Of a DNA stretch of 64,000 nucleotides, positions 43,728 through 54,209 are shown piece by piece (the first letter of the stretch is position 1; every line of letters begins with the position of its first letter). The notes below the pieces were generated by a model. That model did no database searches and was not told where the DNA came from. It worked only from the letters and a program-made list of their open reading frames with translations. The stretch comes from Ruminiclostridium sp. (GTDB lineage Bacteria > Bacillota > Clostridia > Acetivibrionales > DSM-1351). Location: positions 3,120 to 67,119 of the forward strand of contig DATCID010000151.1 in assembly GCA_036507975.1 (NCBI GenBank), in the 5' to 3' direction. The position numbers and the translations under genes were made by a program.

Positions 43728-45564
43728 TACCTCCACAAACACCACTTTCGAATATAGCAGCACCACACCCACCACAATCAACTTTACAGTTTAGTGAGAT
43801 TTTCTCCTCAAAAGCTTTTTTACTTTCATTTATTAAATATTTCTTTGAAACTCCCACATCAATATGATCCCAAGGTAATATTTCATCATACTCTCTTTTA
43901 CGTGTAGCATAAAAATATGGGTCTACGCCACATTCTTCAAAAGCTTTCATCCAGATATCATATTTAAAGTGTTCACCCCAGCCGTCGAACTTACATCCCA
44001 GCTCCCAGGCTTTAATCAAAACCTTACAAATTCTTCTATCTCCACGTGCAAAAACAGCCTCCATAAAACCCAACTTATTATCAGAATAATTATATGATAT
44101 CTGCTTTGAATGGATTTTGTCTTTCAAAAACATTTGTCTCTCTGATAGATCTTGTCTGCTGTACTGAGCTTCCCATTGGAATGGCGTAAAAGCTTTTGGA
44201 ACAAAGGAAGATATGCTGACATTGACGTTTAATCCCTTGCCATTCTTCTTTTGCACCTTTCTATATATAGCTAAGACCTTATGAGTCAGCTCTGCTATTC
44301 CTTCAACATCCTCTAAAGTCTCAGTTGGCAATCCTATCATGAAGTATAACTTCACACCATTCCACCCACCATTAAACGCAAGTGAAACTGCATTTAGCAC
44401 ATCCTCTTCTGTAATACCTTTATTAATTACGTCTCTGAGCCTCTGCGTTCCAGCTTCAGGTGCAAATGTCAGTCCACTTTTTCTCACCTTATGTGCTTTC
44501 TCCATTAAATCTAATGAAAAGGAATCTATTCTTAGAGAAGGGAGAGACAAATTCACTCTTCTCTCTTCCATTTCGTCAAGAAGTCTTGATGTGAGAACTT
44601 CTAAAGAAGTATAATCACTTGTGCTAAGCGAGGTAAGCGATATTTCTTCATAGCCAGTGCTATCTTCCAGTTTCTTAGCTAATTCCATTAACCTCTCAGG
44701 GCTTTTTTCTCTAACAGGCCTATATATAAAGCCTGCTTGGCAAAATCTACATCCTCTGCTACAGCCTCTAAAAACCTCGAGCATTACACGATCATGCACA
44801 ATTTCAGTATATGGAACAACTATTTTATCAGGATAATATACCTTGTCCATATCCTTAATAATTCTCTTTCTTATATTTATAGGATACTGTGGTTTTAAAG
44901 GTGTAAAGCTCTTTATAGTACTGTCCTCATTATAGCTGAAATAATAAAATGAAGGCACATAAATACCTTCTATCTTTACTATCTCCTCAAGAAAAGCTAC
45001 TCTTGTCTGACCTGTGCCCTTCCATTTTCCATAAGCATCCATTACCTCATTAATAATTTCTTCTCCCTCACCCATCATAAAGAAATCTACGATATCAGCA
45101 AGTGGCTCAGGAGTGTATGCACAAGGTCCTCCAGCACACACAAACACATCTCCTTCAACCCTAGCCTCAGATGTAAGAGGAATACCAGCAAGATCAAGCA
45201 TATTAACTATATTTGTGTAGCTCATTTCATATTGAAGAGTAAACCCTACAAAATCAAAGTTTCTTATAGCATCCTTGGTTTCAAGGGCATACAGAGGTAT
45301 GTTATTCTCACGCATTTTTACTTCCATGTCAGTCCAGGGTGCAAATACCCTTTCACAATAGCAATCCTCTCTCTCATTCAATAAATGATAAAGAATTTTC
45401 ATTCCAAGATGGGACATACCTATTTCATAAGTATCTGGAAAACAAAATGCAAATCGAATGTCAACACTATCTGGATCCTTGATAACGCTATTCCACTCAT
45501 TTCCAGTATATCTTGAAGGTTTTTCTACACTTTTTAACAATGCATCTGACAGCTTGATACTCAT
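43714..45564 (-). CDS. B12-binding-domain radical SAM protein (TIGR03960-like)
   Basis: KPSRY.G.E, FPDTYEIGMS, RGCSRGCRFC and FAPEAG motifs. Confidence 0.9.
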   Translation of the reverse strand: MSIKLSDALLKSVEKPSRYTGNEWNSVIKDPDSVDIRFAFCFPDTYEIGMSHLGMKILYHLLNEREDCYCERVFAPWTDMEVKMRENNIPLYALETKDAIRNFDFVGFTLQYEMSYTNIVNMLDLAGIPLTSEARVEGDVFVCAGGPCAYTPEPLADIVDFFMMGEGEEIINEVMDAYGKWKGTGQTRVAFLEEIVKIEGIYVPSFYYFSYNEDSTIKSFTPLKPQYPINIRKRIIKDMDKVYYPDKIVVPYTEIVHDRVMLEVFRGCSRGCRFCQAGFIYRPVREKSPERLMELAKKLEDSTGYEEISLTSLSTSDYTSLEVLTSRLLDEMEERRVNLSLPSLRIDSFSLDLMEKAHKVRKSGLTFAPEAGTQRLRDVINKGITEEDVLNAVSLAFNGGWNGVKLYFMIGLPTETLEDVEGIAELTHKVLAIYRKVQKKNGKGLNVNVSISSFVPKAFTPFQWEAQYSRQDLSERQMFLKDKIHSKQISYNYSDNKLGFMEAVFARGDRRICKVLIKAWELGCKFDGWGEHFKYDIWMKAFEECGVDPYFYATRKREYDEILPWDHIDVGVSKKYLINESKKAFEEKISLNCKVDCGGCGAAIFESGVCGGNDIG

Positions 45565-45661
45565 TTTTTCCTCCGCTGCTTAATTTAATATATGTATATA
45601 GTATTCCCAAAAATATAAGCGATCTCCCTTATGAGAAAGTCGCTTATAACCCTGGTCATCT

Positions 45662-46486
45662 CTATACTTTAATCTTTTTAAATTCATTTGTTTTTTTGCC
45701 TATATAATCTAGTACTTGTTTATGCTCTTCTTTTCCATTTCCCGAAATTCTAATAGGCTCACCAAAAGATATGCATATAGGCTCTTTTCTTTTTACTGGT
45801 CCTATATCTTTTATCAACTTGCCATTGCGCCAAAAATCAGTTTTTATAGCTACTGGTATCACTGGAACTCCAGCTTCTTTTGCCAGCTTTATGCCTAGCG
45901 AATTAAACTTTTCAGGACTAAACTCCACCTGCCTTGTTCCTTCAGGAAAAAGAATAATTGATGTACCGCTTTTAAGAAGTTCTTTCCCTTGGCTAAGAAC
46001 ATTTATTAAATCCTGCCTTGAATTACTCCTCGAAACTACAATTGGATTACGGCTACGCATTATAGGACCAAATATAGGATTTGAGATAAGGCTCTCTTTA
46101 ACAACAAAGGTCACTTCTTTTATAGGTGCAATAATGGATGGGAAAACAAAAGTCTCCAAAGTGCTCATATGGTTGCTTATAAAAACGACAGGACCATCTG
46201 CTTTACTTATGTTTTCGATGCCATCGATAAAAAATTTTCCGCCACTATTCTCAATATTTTGGAAAATTCTATAGCTTGAAGCAGCCCACTCCTCAGTGTC
46301 ATATTTGCCTTCTGAAACTGATTTACGCCCTTTAAAAATCACTTTGCTATATCCATATACAAAATACCATCTCGTGTTTAAAAAAAGTTTATCCAAGAAA
46401 TTTCTTTTGTTTCCACTGGTTTTATATTTATCTCCAGTAAAAAATGGCTTAATCAAAAATATCACATCCAATTTTATTATTCTCAT
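45662..46486 (-). CDS. Lysophospholipid acyltransferase (PlsC family)
   Basis: NHMSTLE and FPEGTR motifs; start uncertain. Confidence 0.85.
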   Translation of the reverse strand: MRIIKLDVIFLIKPFFTGDKYKTSGNKRNFLDKLFLNTRWYFVYGYSKVIFKGRKSVSEGKYDTEEWAASSYRIFQNIENSGGKFFIDGIENISKADGPVVFISNHMSTLETFVFPSIIAPIKEVTFVVKESLISNPIFGPIMRSRNPIVVSRSNSRQDLINVLSQGKELLKSGTSIILFPEGTRQVEFSPEKFNSLGIKLAKEAGVPVIPVAIKTDFWRNGKLIKDIGPVKRKEPICISFGEPIRISGNGKEEHKQVLDYIGKKTNEFKKIKV

Positions 46487-46706
46487 TTGCTTAATCCTAC
46501 TACCAGTGATTATTATATCTCACATTTTATCCGATGTCTATCGTCTCTAAACACCTGCTTCTATAATCGAGGTTACTACCCAAAATAAATCTTTGATAAC
46601 AATTTTAAGATTTTTACTGATAAATAAGACTTTTTATAATATAATATAGTAAAAATATAATTAATGTAAATTAATATATATTGGAATTTCGATATGGAGA
46701 TAATTT

Positions 46707-47417
46707 ATGGATGCTAAAAGTATAAGGATTGGTACAAAACTTGAAATCGAAATACCATCAACTAGTAGGACAAACGATTTTACATCAAGCTATGTTAGTC
46801 AGTTAATTGATGTCATTGATCACAAAACTATTTGTGTTGTAGCACCCATGATTGAAGGTAGGCTAAAGTATCTATCTAATGGTTCAAATATAGCTATCTA
46901 TTTTTTGAATGATAAACAAGATCTTTTAAACTTTAGTGCCGTAGTAAAGGGGTACCGAAAAATCGGACCTTTAGAAACATTTGATATAACAATTACTGGA
47001 GATATCACGAAAATTCAAAGAAGAAGATTCTATAGGCTAGATGTTGCTCTCAGCAGCCAATATATAGTTAAAGATGCGCAGTTGTTAATTAGCAATAAGC
47101 ATGAATTTTCAAAAACAGACGAAGCAGATCTAAAAACAGCATATACTAAGAATATAAGCGGAAGTGGTCTTTGTCTCGTTCTTGATCAACCCCTTGAGGC
47201 GGGTTCAACTTTAGATATTACTATCAACCTAGATGATACTGCCCTAATAAAAGTATCTGCTCAAGTAATCCGGTCAATAACTGCCCCTAACAAAAAATAT
47301 GAGGTAGGTATGCATTATGTAAAAATAACGCCCCGTGATTTAGAAATATTAACAAAGTTTATATTTCAAAAACAAAGACTCATATTAAAGAATACAATGC
47401 AGGCAAAAATTAGGTAA
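46707..47417 (+). CDS. YcgR-like flagellar brake protein with PilZ domain
   Basis: QRRRFYR and NISGSG c-di-GMP-binding motifs. Confidence 0.88.
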   Translation: MDAKSIRIGTKLEIEIPSTSRTNDFTSSYVSQLIDVIDHKTICVVAPMIEGRLKYLSNGSNIAIYFLNDKQDLLNFSAVVKGYRKIGPLETFDITITGDITKIQRRRFYRLDVALSSQYIVKDAQLLISNKHEFSKTDEADLKTAYTKNISGSGLCLVLDQPLEAGSTLDITINLDDTALIKVSAQVIRSITAPNKKYEVGMHYVKITPRDLEILTKFIFQKQRLILKNTMQAKIR

Positions 47418-47435
47418 TACTTTTATTATTTTGGT

Positions 47436-48635
47436 TCAGGGCTTTTTAATTTGTATTGCCCTGCTGACCGAGGTAATACCATGCTTTCTGCGTATAGAAT
47501 CCATAGCTTTTTCTAGTTTTTCTTCTTTTTGCGAAAGGTTATGAACTTCATTAAAAACATCTGATTGATCAAAAAGTGATAACTGAGCACAAAGGCTATC
47601 TTGTTCAAATCCAGTTATACTAATGCCTATAAGTCGTACTGGTTTGGAACTATTCCAATTCTTCTTTAAAAGAGCAAACCCTTTTTCATATATATCCTTT
47701 GTTAAATACGTCGGCTCTACACATATCTGCCGTGTTATATTCTGAAAATCTGAGTACTTTATGGCAACTTGAATTGTTCGTGCCTTCTTATTGTTTTTTC
47801 TTGCATCATAGCCAACCTCTTCACACATTTCAAGAAAAACATTTCTTAAATCCTCTATATTTACTGCATCCTCCGAAAGAGTATTAGAGCGTCCGATCGA
47901 CTTCATTTCACCAGATGCATGAGGTATTACAGGTGAATCATCAATACCATTTGCCAGTCTTTGAAGCCCTATCCCCTGCTTTCCAAGCATTTGGTTCAGT
48001 GCTTTGGGATTATAATTAGACAAATCACCAATAGTTAGGATTCCTATATTGTTAAGTTTCACTCCTGTCTGCTTGCCGATGCCGTACAAATCTGTGACCT
48101 TTAACGGCCAAAGCTTAGTTTTAATATCTTTTATCCATAGTTCAGTTATACCCATGGGCTTCTTTATTTCTGATGCAATTTTTGCAAGAAGCTTGTTTTC
48201 TGAAATGCCAATGGAGCACCACAAACCTAATTCATCATTAATATTATCCATAATCCTTTGAGCCACCTCCAGGTGTGTCCCAAAGAGACTCTCGGTTCCA
48301 GTCATGTCTAGCCATGCTTCATCTATACTATTTTGCTCAACAACTGGAGAATAGTTGCTTAGAACCTTCATAACGTCCTGTGATTTCGCCTCATAAAAAT
48401 GATGATCTGGTGGAATAATCATCATTCCAGGGCAGAGTTTTAGTGCTTGATGTATAACCATTGTGGTTTTTACACCATATTTCCTTGCCTCATAATTTGC
48501 AGCAAGAACTATACCTGTCCTATTCTTAGGGTTTCCAGCTACTGCTGCTGGTTTACCTATTATCTCAGGGTTTCTGGTCATTTCACAGCTTATGAAAAAA
48601 GCATTCATATCCACTAAAAAAACTACTCTTTGCAT
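47436..48635 (-). CDS. dinB: DNA polymerase IV
   Basis: VDMNAFF.SCE, NYEARKYGV, SIDEAWLD, LAKIAS..KKP and YGIG motifs. Confidence 0.95.
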   Translation of the reverse strand: MQRVVFLVDMNAFFISCEMTRNPEIIGKPAAVAGNPKNRTGIVLAANYEARKYGVKTTMVIHQALKLCPGMMIIPPDHHFYEAKSQDVMKVLSNYSPVVEQNSIDEAWLDMTGTESLFGTHLEVAQRIMDNINDELGLWCSIGISENKLLAKIASEIKKPMGITELWIKDIKTKLWPLKVTDLYGIGKQTGVKLNNIGILTIGDLSNYNPKALNQMLGKQGIGLQRLANGIDDSPVIPHASGEMKSIGRSNTLSEDAVNIEDLRNVFLEMCEEVGYDARKNNKKARTIQVAIKYSDFQNITRQICVEPTYLTKDIYEKGFALLKKNWNSSKPVRLIGISITGFEQDSLCAQLSLFDQSDVFNEVHNLSQKEEKLEKAMDSIRRKHGITSVSRAIQIKKP

Positions 48636-48650
48636 CTACCCTTCTCCTCG

Positions 48651-48682
48651 CAAAAAGGGAGTCCTAAAGAGGACTCCCTAAA
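48651..48682 (-). terminator. Intrinsic terminator after rplT
   Basis: GGGAGTCCT-CTTT-AGGACTCCC-TTTTT on the minus strand. Confidence 0.75.
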
Positions 48683-48700
48683 TACTATACCATGTACAAA

Positions 48701-49054
48701 TTATTTAGCTGCTTTTGACAACTCAGCGAGTTGAGCAAATCCAGCTGCATCATTAACTGCCATATCAGCGAGAACTTTTCTGTTAAGTTCAATTCCTGAC
48801 TTCTTCAAACCATTAATGAATTTGCTATATGATATGCCGTTAATTCTTGAAGCAGCATTTATTCTTGCTATCCAAAGCGTTCTGAAATCTCTCTTCTTTA
48901 ATCTTCTATCATTGTAAGCATAGTTCCAAGATTTCATTACTGCTTGTTTTGCCATTTTAAAGAGCTTGCTTTTTGCTCCAAAATATCCTTTTGCAAGCTT
49001 TAGTACTTTTCTATGTCTTGAGCGAGTTCTCATCGCACCTTTTACTCTTGCCAT
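48701..49054 (-). CDS. rplT: 50S ribosomal protein L20
   Basis: MARVK...LAKGYFG...[14 protein letters not shown]. Confidence 0.98.
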   Translation of the reverse strand: MARVKGAMRTRSRHRKVLKLAKGYFGAKSKLFKMAKQAVMKSWNYAYNDRRLKKRDFRTLWIARINAASRINGISYSKFINGLKKSGIELNRKVLADMAVNDAAGFAQLAELSKAAK

Positions 49055-49071
49055 AAATCTTGTCCTCCTTC

Positions 49072-49269
49072 TTATTTATATGGAATAAGTTTTCTAATAG
49101 TCGCTGCATTTGCTGCTGAAAGATATTTACCTAATCTATGATGCTTCTTAGCCGTCGTAGACTTAGAAATAAGTCTGTGGTTTCTCCATGCCTGTCCACA
49201 TTTAATCTTTCCACTAGCTGTAACTCTAAATCTTTTTTTTGATGAACTATGGGTCTTTAACTTTGGCAT
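49072..49269 (-). CDS. rpmI: 50S ribosomal protein L35
   Basis: [21 protein letters not shown]. Confidence 0.97.
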   Translation of the reverse strand: MPKLKTHSSSKKRFRVTASGKIKCGQAWRNHRLISKSTTAKKHHRLGKYLSAANAATIRKLIPYK

Positions 49270-49289
49270 ATTATTTTCCTCCTGTTCTA

Positions 49290-49370
49290 CTACTTTGGAT
49301 TAAGTATCATTTTTACTTTTTCTGCAAACTTTTCGAGAAGATTAACTTCGAGTCCCGAAAGCAATAAAAT
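49290..49370 (-). pseudogene. infC: Remnant of translation initiation factor IF-3
   Basis: In-frame GLEVNLLEKFAEKVKMILNPK* resembles spliced pieces of the IF-3 C-terminus and sits exactly where infC belongs. Confidence 0.65.
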
Positions 49371-49374
49371 GCAA

Positions 49375-49505
49375 CAAAAAAAGTGGATAAAAGAAAGTAT
49401 CCACAATAATCTCAGTCTTGTACGTATAATACGCATTTGTAACCGATATTTACCTTACAAATCAAAATGTTCGCTAGGTGAGAAGTGGAAAACTTCTTCT
49501 TGTTT
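49375..49505 (-). ncRNA. L20 leader with attenuator
   Basis: AGAAGAAG...CCACTTCTCACC at the 5' end; terminator GTGGATA..TATCCAC-T7. Confidence 0.75.
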
Positions 49506-49514
49506 TGCATTCAA

Positions 49515-49543
49515 ATGATAACAGAAATCTTATCCTTTGTCAA
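49515..49543 (-). promoter_or_regulatory. SigA promoter of the (infC)-rpmI-rplT operon
   Basis: TTGACA-N17-TATCAT. Confidence 0.75.
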
Positions 49544-49586
49544 ATATATTTTATATGCTATTACTAAAAATGTTACAGTCCTTAAA

Positions 49587-51377
49587 TGAAAAACTAAAAT
49601 CCACCCCATTTTTGTCTCAAGTGGAATTTACCTTTACAAATTGAATAAAATAAACAATGTGGATTTTACGTTTGCAAACTTCTGCAACCAAAGTAGCTTT
49701 TATGCCGCGAAAGCCTCTTGAAAATGAGTAATCGTCATGTTAGCTATAAAGCCATGCATCACCCTGAAAGAGGCCTGTTGTCAGTAGAACCGTGGAATAT
49801 ATGAGGTAAATGAGTTTGGATATACTGATACAAATTCTAAAAAAATCTAACAACAATTTTTACCGTTTCAAGTACTTTGCCTACAAGAGAAAAAAGATCT
49901 TACCTACAATAGCCTACCACATATATATTCTCTCTCAATGCTTGCATAATTTCCTTTTTAATGTATTTTAAATATGGTGATGTCTTTCTGTAGAAAAGAA
50001 CATGAGAGATATGTATGTCAAAACATTTGACCCTATCAGAAAGAATGAATATTGAAATTTTATTGAAAAATGGCAAATCGTTTAAAGAAATTGGAAGAAA
50101 TTTAGCCAAAGATTGTACTACGATTTCAAAAGAGGTTCGTTTTCATTTAGTTGAACGAAAGAGTGGTGCATGGGGACAAGCATATAATTCCTGCGTGCTT
50201 AGGTTTGGTTGTAAAAAATCTTTATTATGCAACAATCAGAATTGTGAAATAAAGAAGTGTAGCTTTTGCAATATCTGCAATAATTTTTGTGATAGATTTA
50301 TTGAAGAAAAATGTCAAAAACTAAACAAATCACCCTATGTGTGCAATGGTTGTGACAACTCAAAAAAATGTACGCTTCGAAAAAAGCTTTATGTCGCAAA
50401 AAATGCTCAGGATGAGTATGAATATACCCGTTCTGAAGCACGTTCAGGTATTGCAATGACTGAAATTGAACTGAGCCATTTAGATAAAATAATAACTCCT
50501 CTTGTTAAAAACGGCCAATCTATACATCATATATGTGCAAATAATGCTGACATCATCATGTATAGTGAAAAGACTTTATATAATTACATCGATTCGGGGC
50601 TAATTACTGCTTGTAATATAGATTTACCAAGAAAAGTAAAATACCGTCCTCGTAGAAAAGCGGGTTTGATTCACAAAGTTGATTGGAAATGTCGAATTGG
50701 ACGTACCTATATTGATTTTCAAAACTTTATAGAAGAGAACAACCATCCACTAGTTGTCCAAATGGATTCTGTAATAGGCAGAAAAGGCGGTAAAGTTTTG
50801 CTCACATTACACTTTGTAAAAGCAGAATTTATGCTCGCCTTTTTACGAGATGCAAATGACTCCCAGTCGGTACTTGATATTTTTGATAGGCTAAATAAAC
50901 TTTTAGAAATTGATATGTTTAAAAATCTGTTTCCAGTTCTTCTAGGCGATAATGGTAGTGAATTTTCAAATCCCATTGCTATTGAATGTGACCGTACGAC
51001 AGGAGAGATAAGGACAAATGTGTTCTATTGTGATCCTTGTGCTGCTTTTCAAAAGGGTGCAGCTGAAAAAAACCACGAAGAAATACGCAAAGTGCTTCCG
51101 AAAGGTACATCTTTTGATAATTTAACACAAAAGGATATAAACATTATGATGGATCATATCAATTCTTACAGCAGACCGATTCTAAATGATAGAACGCCGT
51201 ATGATACATTTAAGTTTTTGTTTGGTAAAGAAGCAATAAAAAAACTGGGTTCAACACTGATCCCCGCTAATGAAATCCGTTTGAAACCCAGTCTTTTAAA
51301 AATTTAAAAACAAAGGCAGAAAGACATCACTTTAACAAAATATTACATAATCAAAACGGGTGGATTTTACTTTTTCA
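49587..51377 (+). mobile_element. IS30-family insertion sequence, about 1.79 kb
   Basis: IRL TGAAAAACTAAAATCCACCC versus IRR (reverse complement) TGAAAAAGTAAAATCCACCC; encloses an IS30 transposase. Confidence 0.88.
50015..51307 (+). CDS. IS30-family DDE transposase with a Cys-rich insertion
   Basis: N-terminal HTH (HLTLSER...TISKEV); QMDSV, DNGSEF and QKG..EKNH catalytic motifs. Confidence 0.92.
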   Translation: MSKHLTLSERMNIEILLKNGKSFKEIGRNLAKDCTTISKEVRFHLVERKSGAWGQAYNSCVLRFGCKKSLLCNNQNCEIKKCSFCNICNNFCDRFIEEKCQKLNKSPYVCNGCDNSKKCTLRKKLYVAKNAQDEYEYTRSEARSGIAMTEIELSHLDKIITPLVKNGQSIHHICANNADIIMYSEKTLYNYIDSGLITACNIDLPRKVKYRPRRKAGLIHKVDWKCRIGRTYIDFQNFIEENNHPLVVQMDSVIGRKGGKVLLTLHFVKAEFMLAFLRDANDSQSVLDIFDRLNKLLEIDMFKNLFPVLLGDNGSEFSNPIAIECDRTTGEIRTNVFYCDPCAAFQKGAAEKNHEEIRKVLPKGTSFDNLTQKDINIMMDHINSYSRPILNDRTPYDTFKFLFGKEAIKKLGSTLIPANEIRLKPSLLKI

Positions 51378-51391
51378 TTCAACCAAAATCT

Positions 51392-51874
51392 TTATTTTAT
51401 TGACTCATAAACTAAAAATTTATAATCAAAAGGGTTTTTCTCGTTCTTTACGCCAGTCCTACTTGACACAAGTTTCCATTTGGAATAATCAATCTCCGGG
51501 AAAAACGTATCGGCTTCAAAGGCCTTGTCTATTTCAGTTATATATAATTTATCTGCTATAGGCAAAAAAGATTTGTATATCTCTGCCCCACCAATTATAA
51601 AGGCTTCCTTGTCCTTAGTATATTCTATAGCCTTATCAACTGAGTCCACTACAATGCAGCCATCATGAGAAAAGCTAGTACTCGTTGTAATCACTATGTT
51701 TATCCTACCGGGTAGGGGCCTTCCTATGGACTCAAAGGTTTTTCTTCCCACAATTACAGGCTGTCCCATTGTAACTCTTTTGAAGTACGCAAAATCTTCC
51801 GGCAAATACCATGGCATCTTGTTGCTATATCCAATGGCATTATTTTTGCCCATTGCAAATATAATTGAAATCAT
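51392..51874 (-). CDS. folA: Dihydrofolate reductase
   Basis: [25 protein letters not shown] and DTFFP motifs. Confidence 0.96.
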   Translation of the reverse strand: MISIIFAMGKNNAIGYSNKMPWYLPEDFAYFKRVTMGQPVIVGRKTFESIGRPLPGRINIVITTSTSFSHDGCIVVDSVDKAIEYTKDKEAFIIGGAEIYKSFLPIADKLYITEIDKAFEADTFFPEIDYSKWKLVSSRTGVKNEKNPFDYKFLVYESIK

Positions 51875-52665
51875 ATTGCTATAGCTCCCTTTATATGTGG
51901 ATGTGGATCATATTCTGTTAATGTAAAGTCCTCATATTTGAAATCAAATATATCTTTTACGTCAGGATTAATATTCATTTTAGGTAGAGTTCTTGGTTCT
52001 CGTGAAAGCTGAAGATTTACCTGTTCTATGTGATTTAAATATATGTGTGCATCACCTAACGTGTGAACAAACTCACCAGGCTTCAAACCGCATGCCTGTG
52101 CAACCATCATTGTAAAGAGTGCATATGATGCTATATTAAATGGAACTCCAATAAATACATCAGCACTCCTTTGATATAGCATACATGAGAGTGTTTCATT
52201 AGCTACATAAAATTGAAAAAAACAGTGGCATGGCGGCAAAGCCATTTTTTCTATCTCCCCAACATTCCATGCACTCACTATCATCCTTCTTGAATTGGGA
52301 TTGTTCTTTATCTGTCCAATGGTATCGCCGAGCTGATCAATACTCCTGCCGTCAGCAGCATTCCAAGATCTCCATTGATGACCATATACAGGACCCAAGT
52401 CGCCATTTTCATCAGCCCACTCGTTCCAAATGGACACACCATTATCCTTTAAGTACTTTATATTGGTATCTCCAGCTATAAACCATAAAAGTTCATGTAT
52501 TATGGATTTTAAATGGAGTTTTTTAGTGGTAATCAGAGGGAATCCGTCCTGCAGGTTAAACCTCATTTGATAGCCAAAAGTACTCATTGTTCCAGTTCCT
52601 GTTCTGTCTTCTTTTTTTACGCCATTTCTTAATATATGCTCACACAAATCAAGATATTGTTTCAT
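51871..52665 (-). CDS. thyA: Thymidylate synthase
   Basis: [29 protein letters not shown] and DAHIY motifs. Confidence 0.98.
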   Translation of the reverse strand: MKQYLDLCEHILRNGVKKEDRTGTGTMSTFGYQMRFNLQDGFPLITTKKLHLKSIIHELLWFIAGDTNIKYLKDNGVSIWNEWADENGDLGPVYGHQWRSWNAADGRSIDQLGDTIGQIKNNPNSRRMIVSAWNVGEIEKMALPPCHCFFQFYVANETLSCMLYQRSADVFIGVPFNIASYALFTMMVAQACGLKPGEFVHTLGDAHIYLNHIEQVNLQLSREPRTLPKMNINPDVKDIFDFKYEDFTLTEYDPHPHIKGAIAI

Positions 52666-52689
52666 TTTGTATCACCCTTCTTTAGTAAA

Positions 52690-52726
52690 TAAAGGTACAA
52701 CAAATAAATTATTTGTTGTACCTTTA
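52690..52726 (-). terminator. Terminator after uxaC
   Basis: AAAGGTACAACAAATAA-A-TTATTTGTTGTACCTTT. Confidence 0.65.
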
Positions 52727-52766
52727 TATTATTTCATATTTGCATTACAAAAACCAATTTTTCTTT

Positions 52767-54170
52767 TTAAATCAATCCAAAATAATTAGCTGCGTTATTA
52801 AAACAAATATCCTCTACCATCTTTGCAATTAGCTCCATATCATCTGGCACTTCCCCGTTTTCCACCCATTCGCCTAGCAGGTTGCATAGAATTCTCCTAA
52901 AATATTCGTGCCTTGTATAGGAAAGGAAACTCCTTGAGTCGGTAAGCATTCCTACAAATCTGCTGAGAATACCAATGTTTGCAAGTGCTATCAACTGTCT
53001 GCTCATTCCATCCTTTTGGTCATTGAACCACCAGCTAGAGCCAAATTGTATCTTTCCAGGTATTCCCCCTCCCTGGAAACAGCCCATAATGGTTGCTAAA
53101 ACTTCATTATCTCTGGGATTCATGCAGTACAGGATAGTTTTGGGTAATTCATCTGTTTCATCGAGTGCGTTAAGAGTTTTTGCCAAAGCTTCTGCAAATA
53201 CATAATCACCAATGGCATCAAATCCCGTATCAGCACCCAAAAGCTTCATCATTCTCTTCCTAGTGTTCCTGATAGTTCCTAAGTGCAACTGAAAAACCCA
53301 ATTTCTGCGCGCATATTCCCTACCCAAAAACAGAAGTACTTGTGTCTTGTATTTCTGAACTTCTCCCTCAGTTAAAACAGTACCACACAGAGCTCTATTT
53401 AAGATATCTGAAGCTTCATCTACAGTTCCATCCCTGTATACTATCGGATCCAGGGCATGATCTGAAACTCTGCATCCCACCTGATGAAAGAATTCAATTC
53501 TCTTTACCAATGCATTTTTCAAATCTTCAAATGTTTGGATTTGTATTCCTGCTGCTGAGCCAAGACTATGCAGCCATCCTGCAAAGCCTTCCTTATCGAT
53601 GTTTATAGCTTTGTCAGGTCTGAATGCAGGGAGTACCTTGACATCAAAGGTATTATCTTTTGCCAAAGCTATATGATGTTCTAATGTGTCTGCCGGGTCG
53701 TCTGTAGTACAAATCACCTTTACATTTGAACGTTTAATAAGCCCCCTAACACTGAACTCATCACTTTTTAGCATTTCATTGCACTTTTCCCATATTTCTT
53801 CTGCAGTTTCAGAAGACAACAATGTGTAGATTCCAAAGTACCTCCTGAGCTCAAGATGTGTCCAATGGTATAGAGGGTTACCTATACAAGCTGGCATAGT
53901 TTCTGCCCATTTCAAGAATTTTTCCTTGTCACTAGCATCACCAGTTATATATTTCTCATCTATCCCATTACTTCTCATCGCTCTCCACTTATAGTGATCC
54001 CCACCAAGCCATAATTCTGTAATATTCCGGTATTTTTTATTTTCCGCAATTTCCTTGGGATTCAGATGGCAATGATAATCAAATATAGGCATATCCTTAG
54101 CATAGTCATTATAAAGTTTTTCAGCAGTTTTATTGCTTAAAAGAAAGTCGTCGTCCAAGAATTTTTTCAT
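52767..54170 (-). CDS. uxaC: Uronate isomerase
   Basis: DYHCHL, GDHYKWRAMR, WWFND and GMLTDSRSFLSYTRHEYFRR motifs. Confidence 0.97.
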   Translation of the reverse strand: MKKFLDDDFLLSNKTAEKLYNDYAKDMPIFDYHCHLNPKEIAENKKYRNITELWLGGDHYKWRAMRSNGIDEKYITGDASDKEKFLKWAETMPACIGNPLYHWTHLELRRYFGIYTLLSSETAEEIWEKCNEMLKSDEFSVRGLIKRSNVKVICTTDDPADTLEHHIALAKDNTFDVKVLPAFRPDKAINIDKEGFAGWLHSLGSAAGIQIQTFEDLKNALVKRIEFFHQVGCRVSDHALDPIVYRDGTVDEASDILNRALCGTVLTEGEVQKYKTQVLLFLGREYARRNWVFQLHLGTIRNTRKRMMKLLGADTGFDAIGDYVFAEALAKTLNALDETDELPKTILYCMNPRDNEVLATIMGCFQGGGIPGKIQFGSSWWFNDQKDGMSRQLIALANIGILSRFVGMLTDSRSFLSYTRHEYFRRILCNLLGEWVENGEVPDDMELIAKMVEDICFNNAANYFGLI

Positions 54171-54209
54171 GATATCTCTCCTTGTATAATCATAATTAAT
54201 TTAATTAAT

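Noticed and set aside
49900-50109. 69-aa minus-strand ORF in IS30
   Set aside because: Overlaps the transposase start in antisense, with no SD or recognisable motif.
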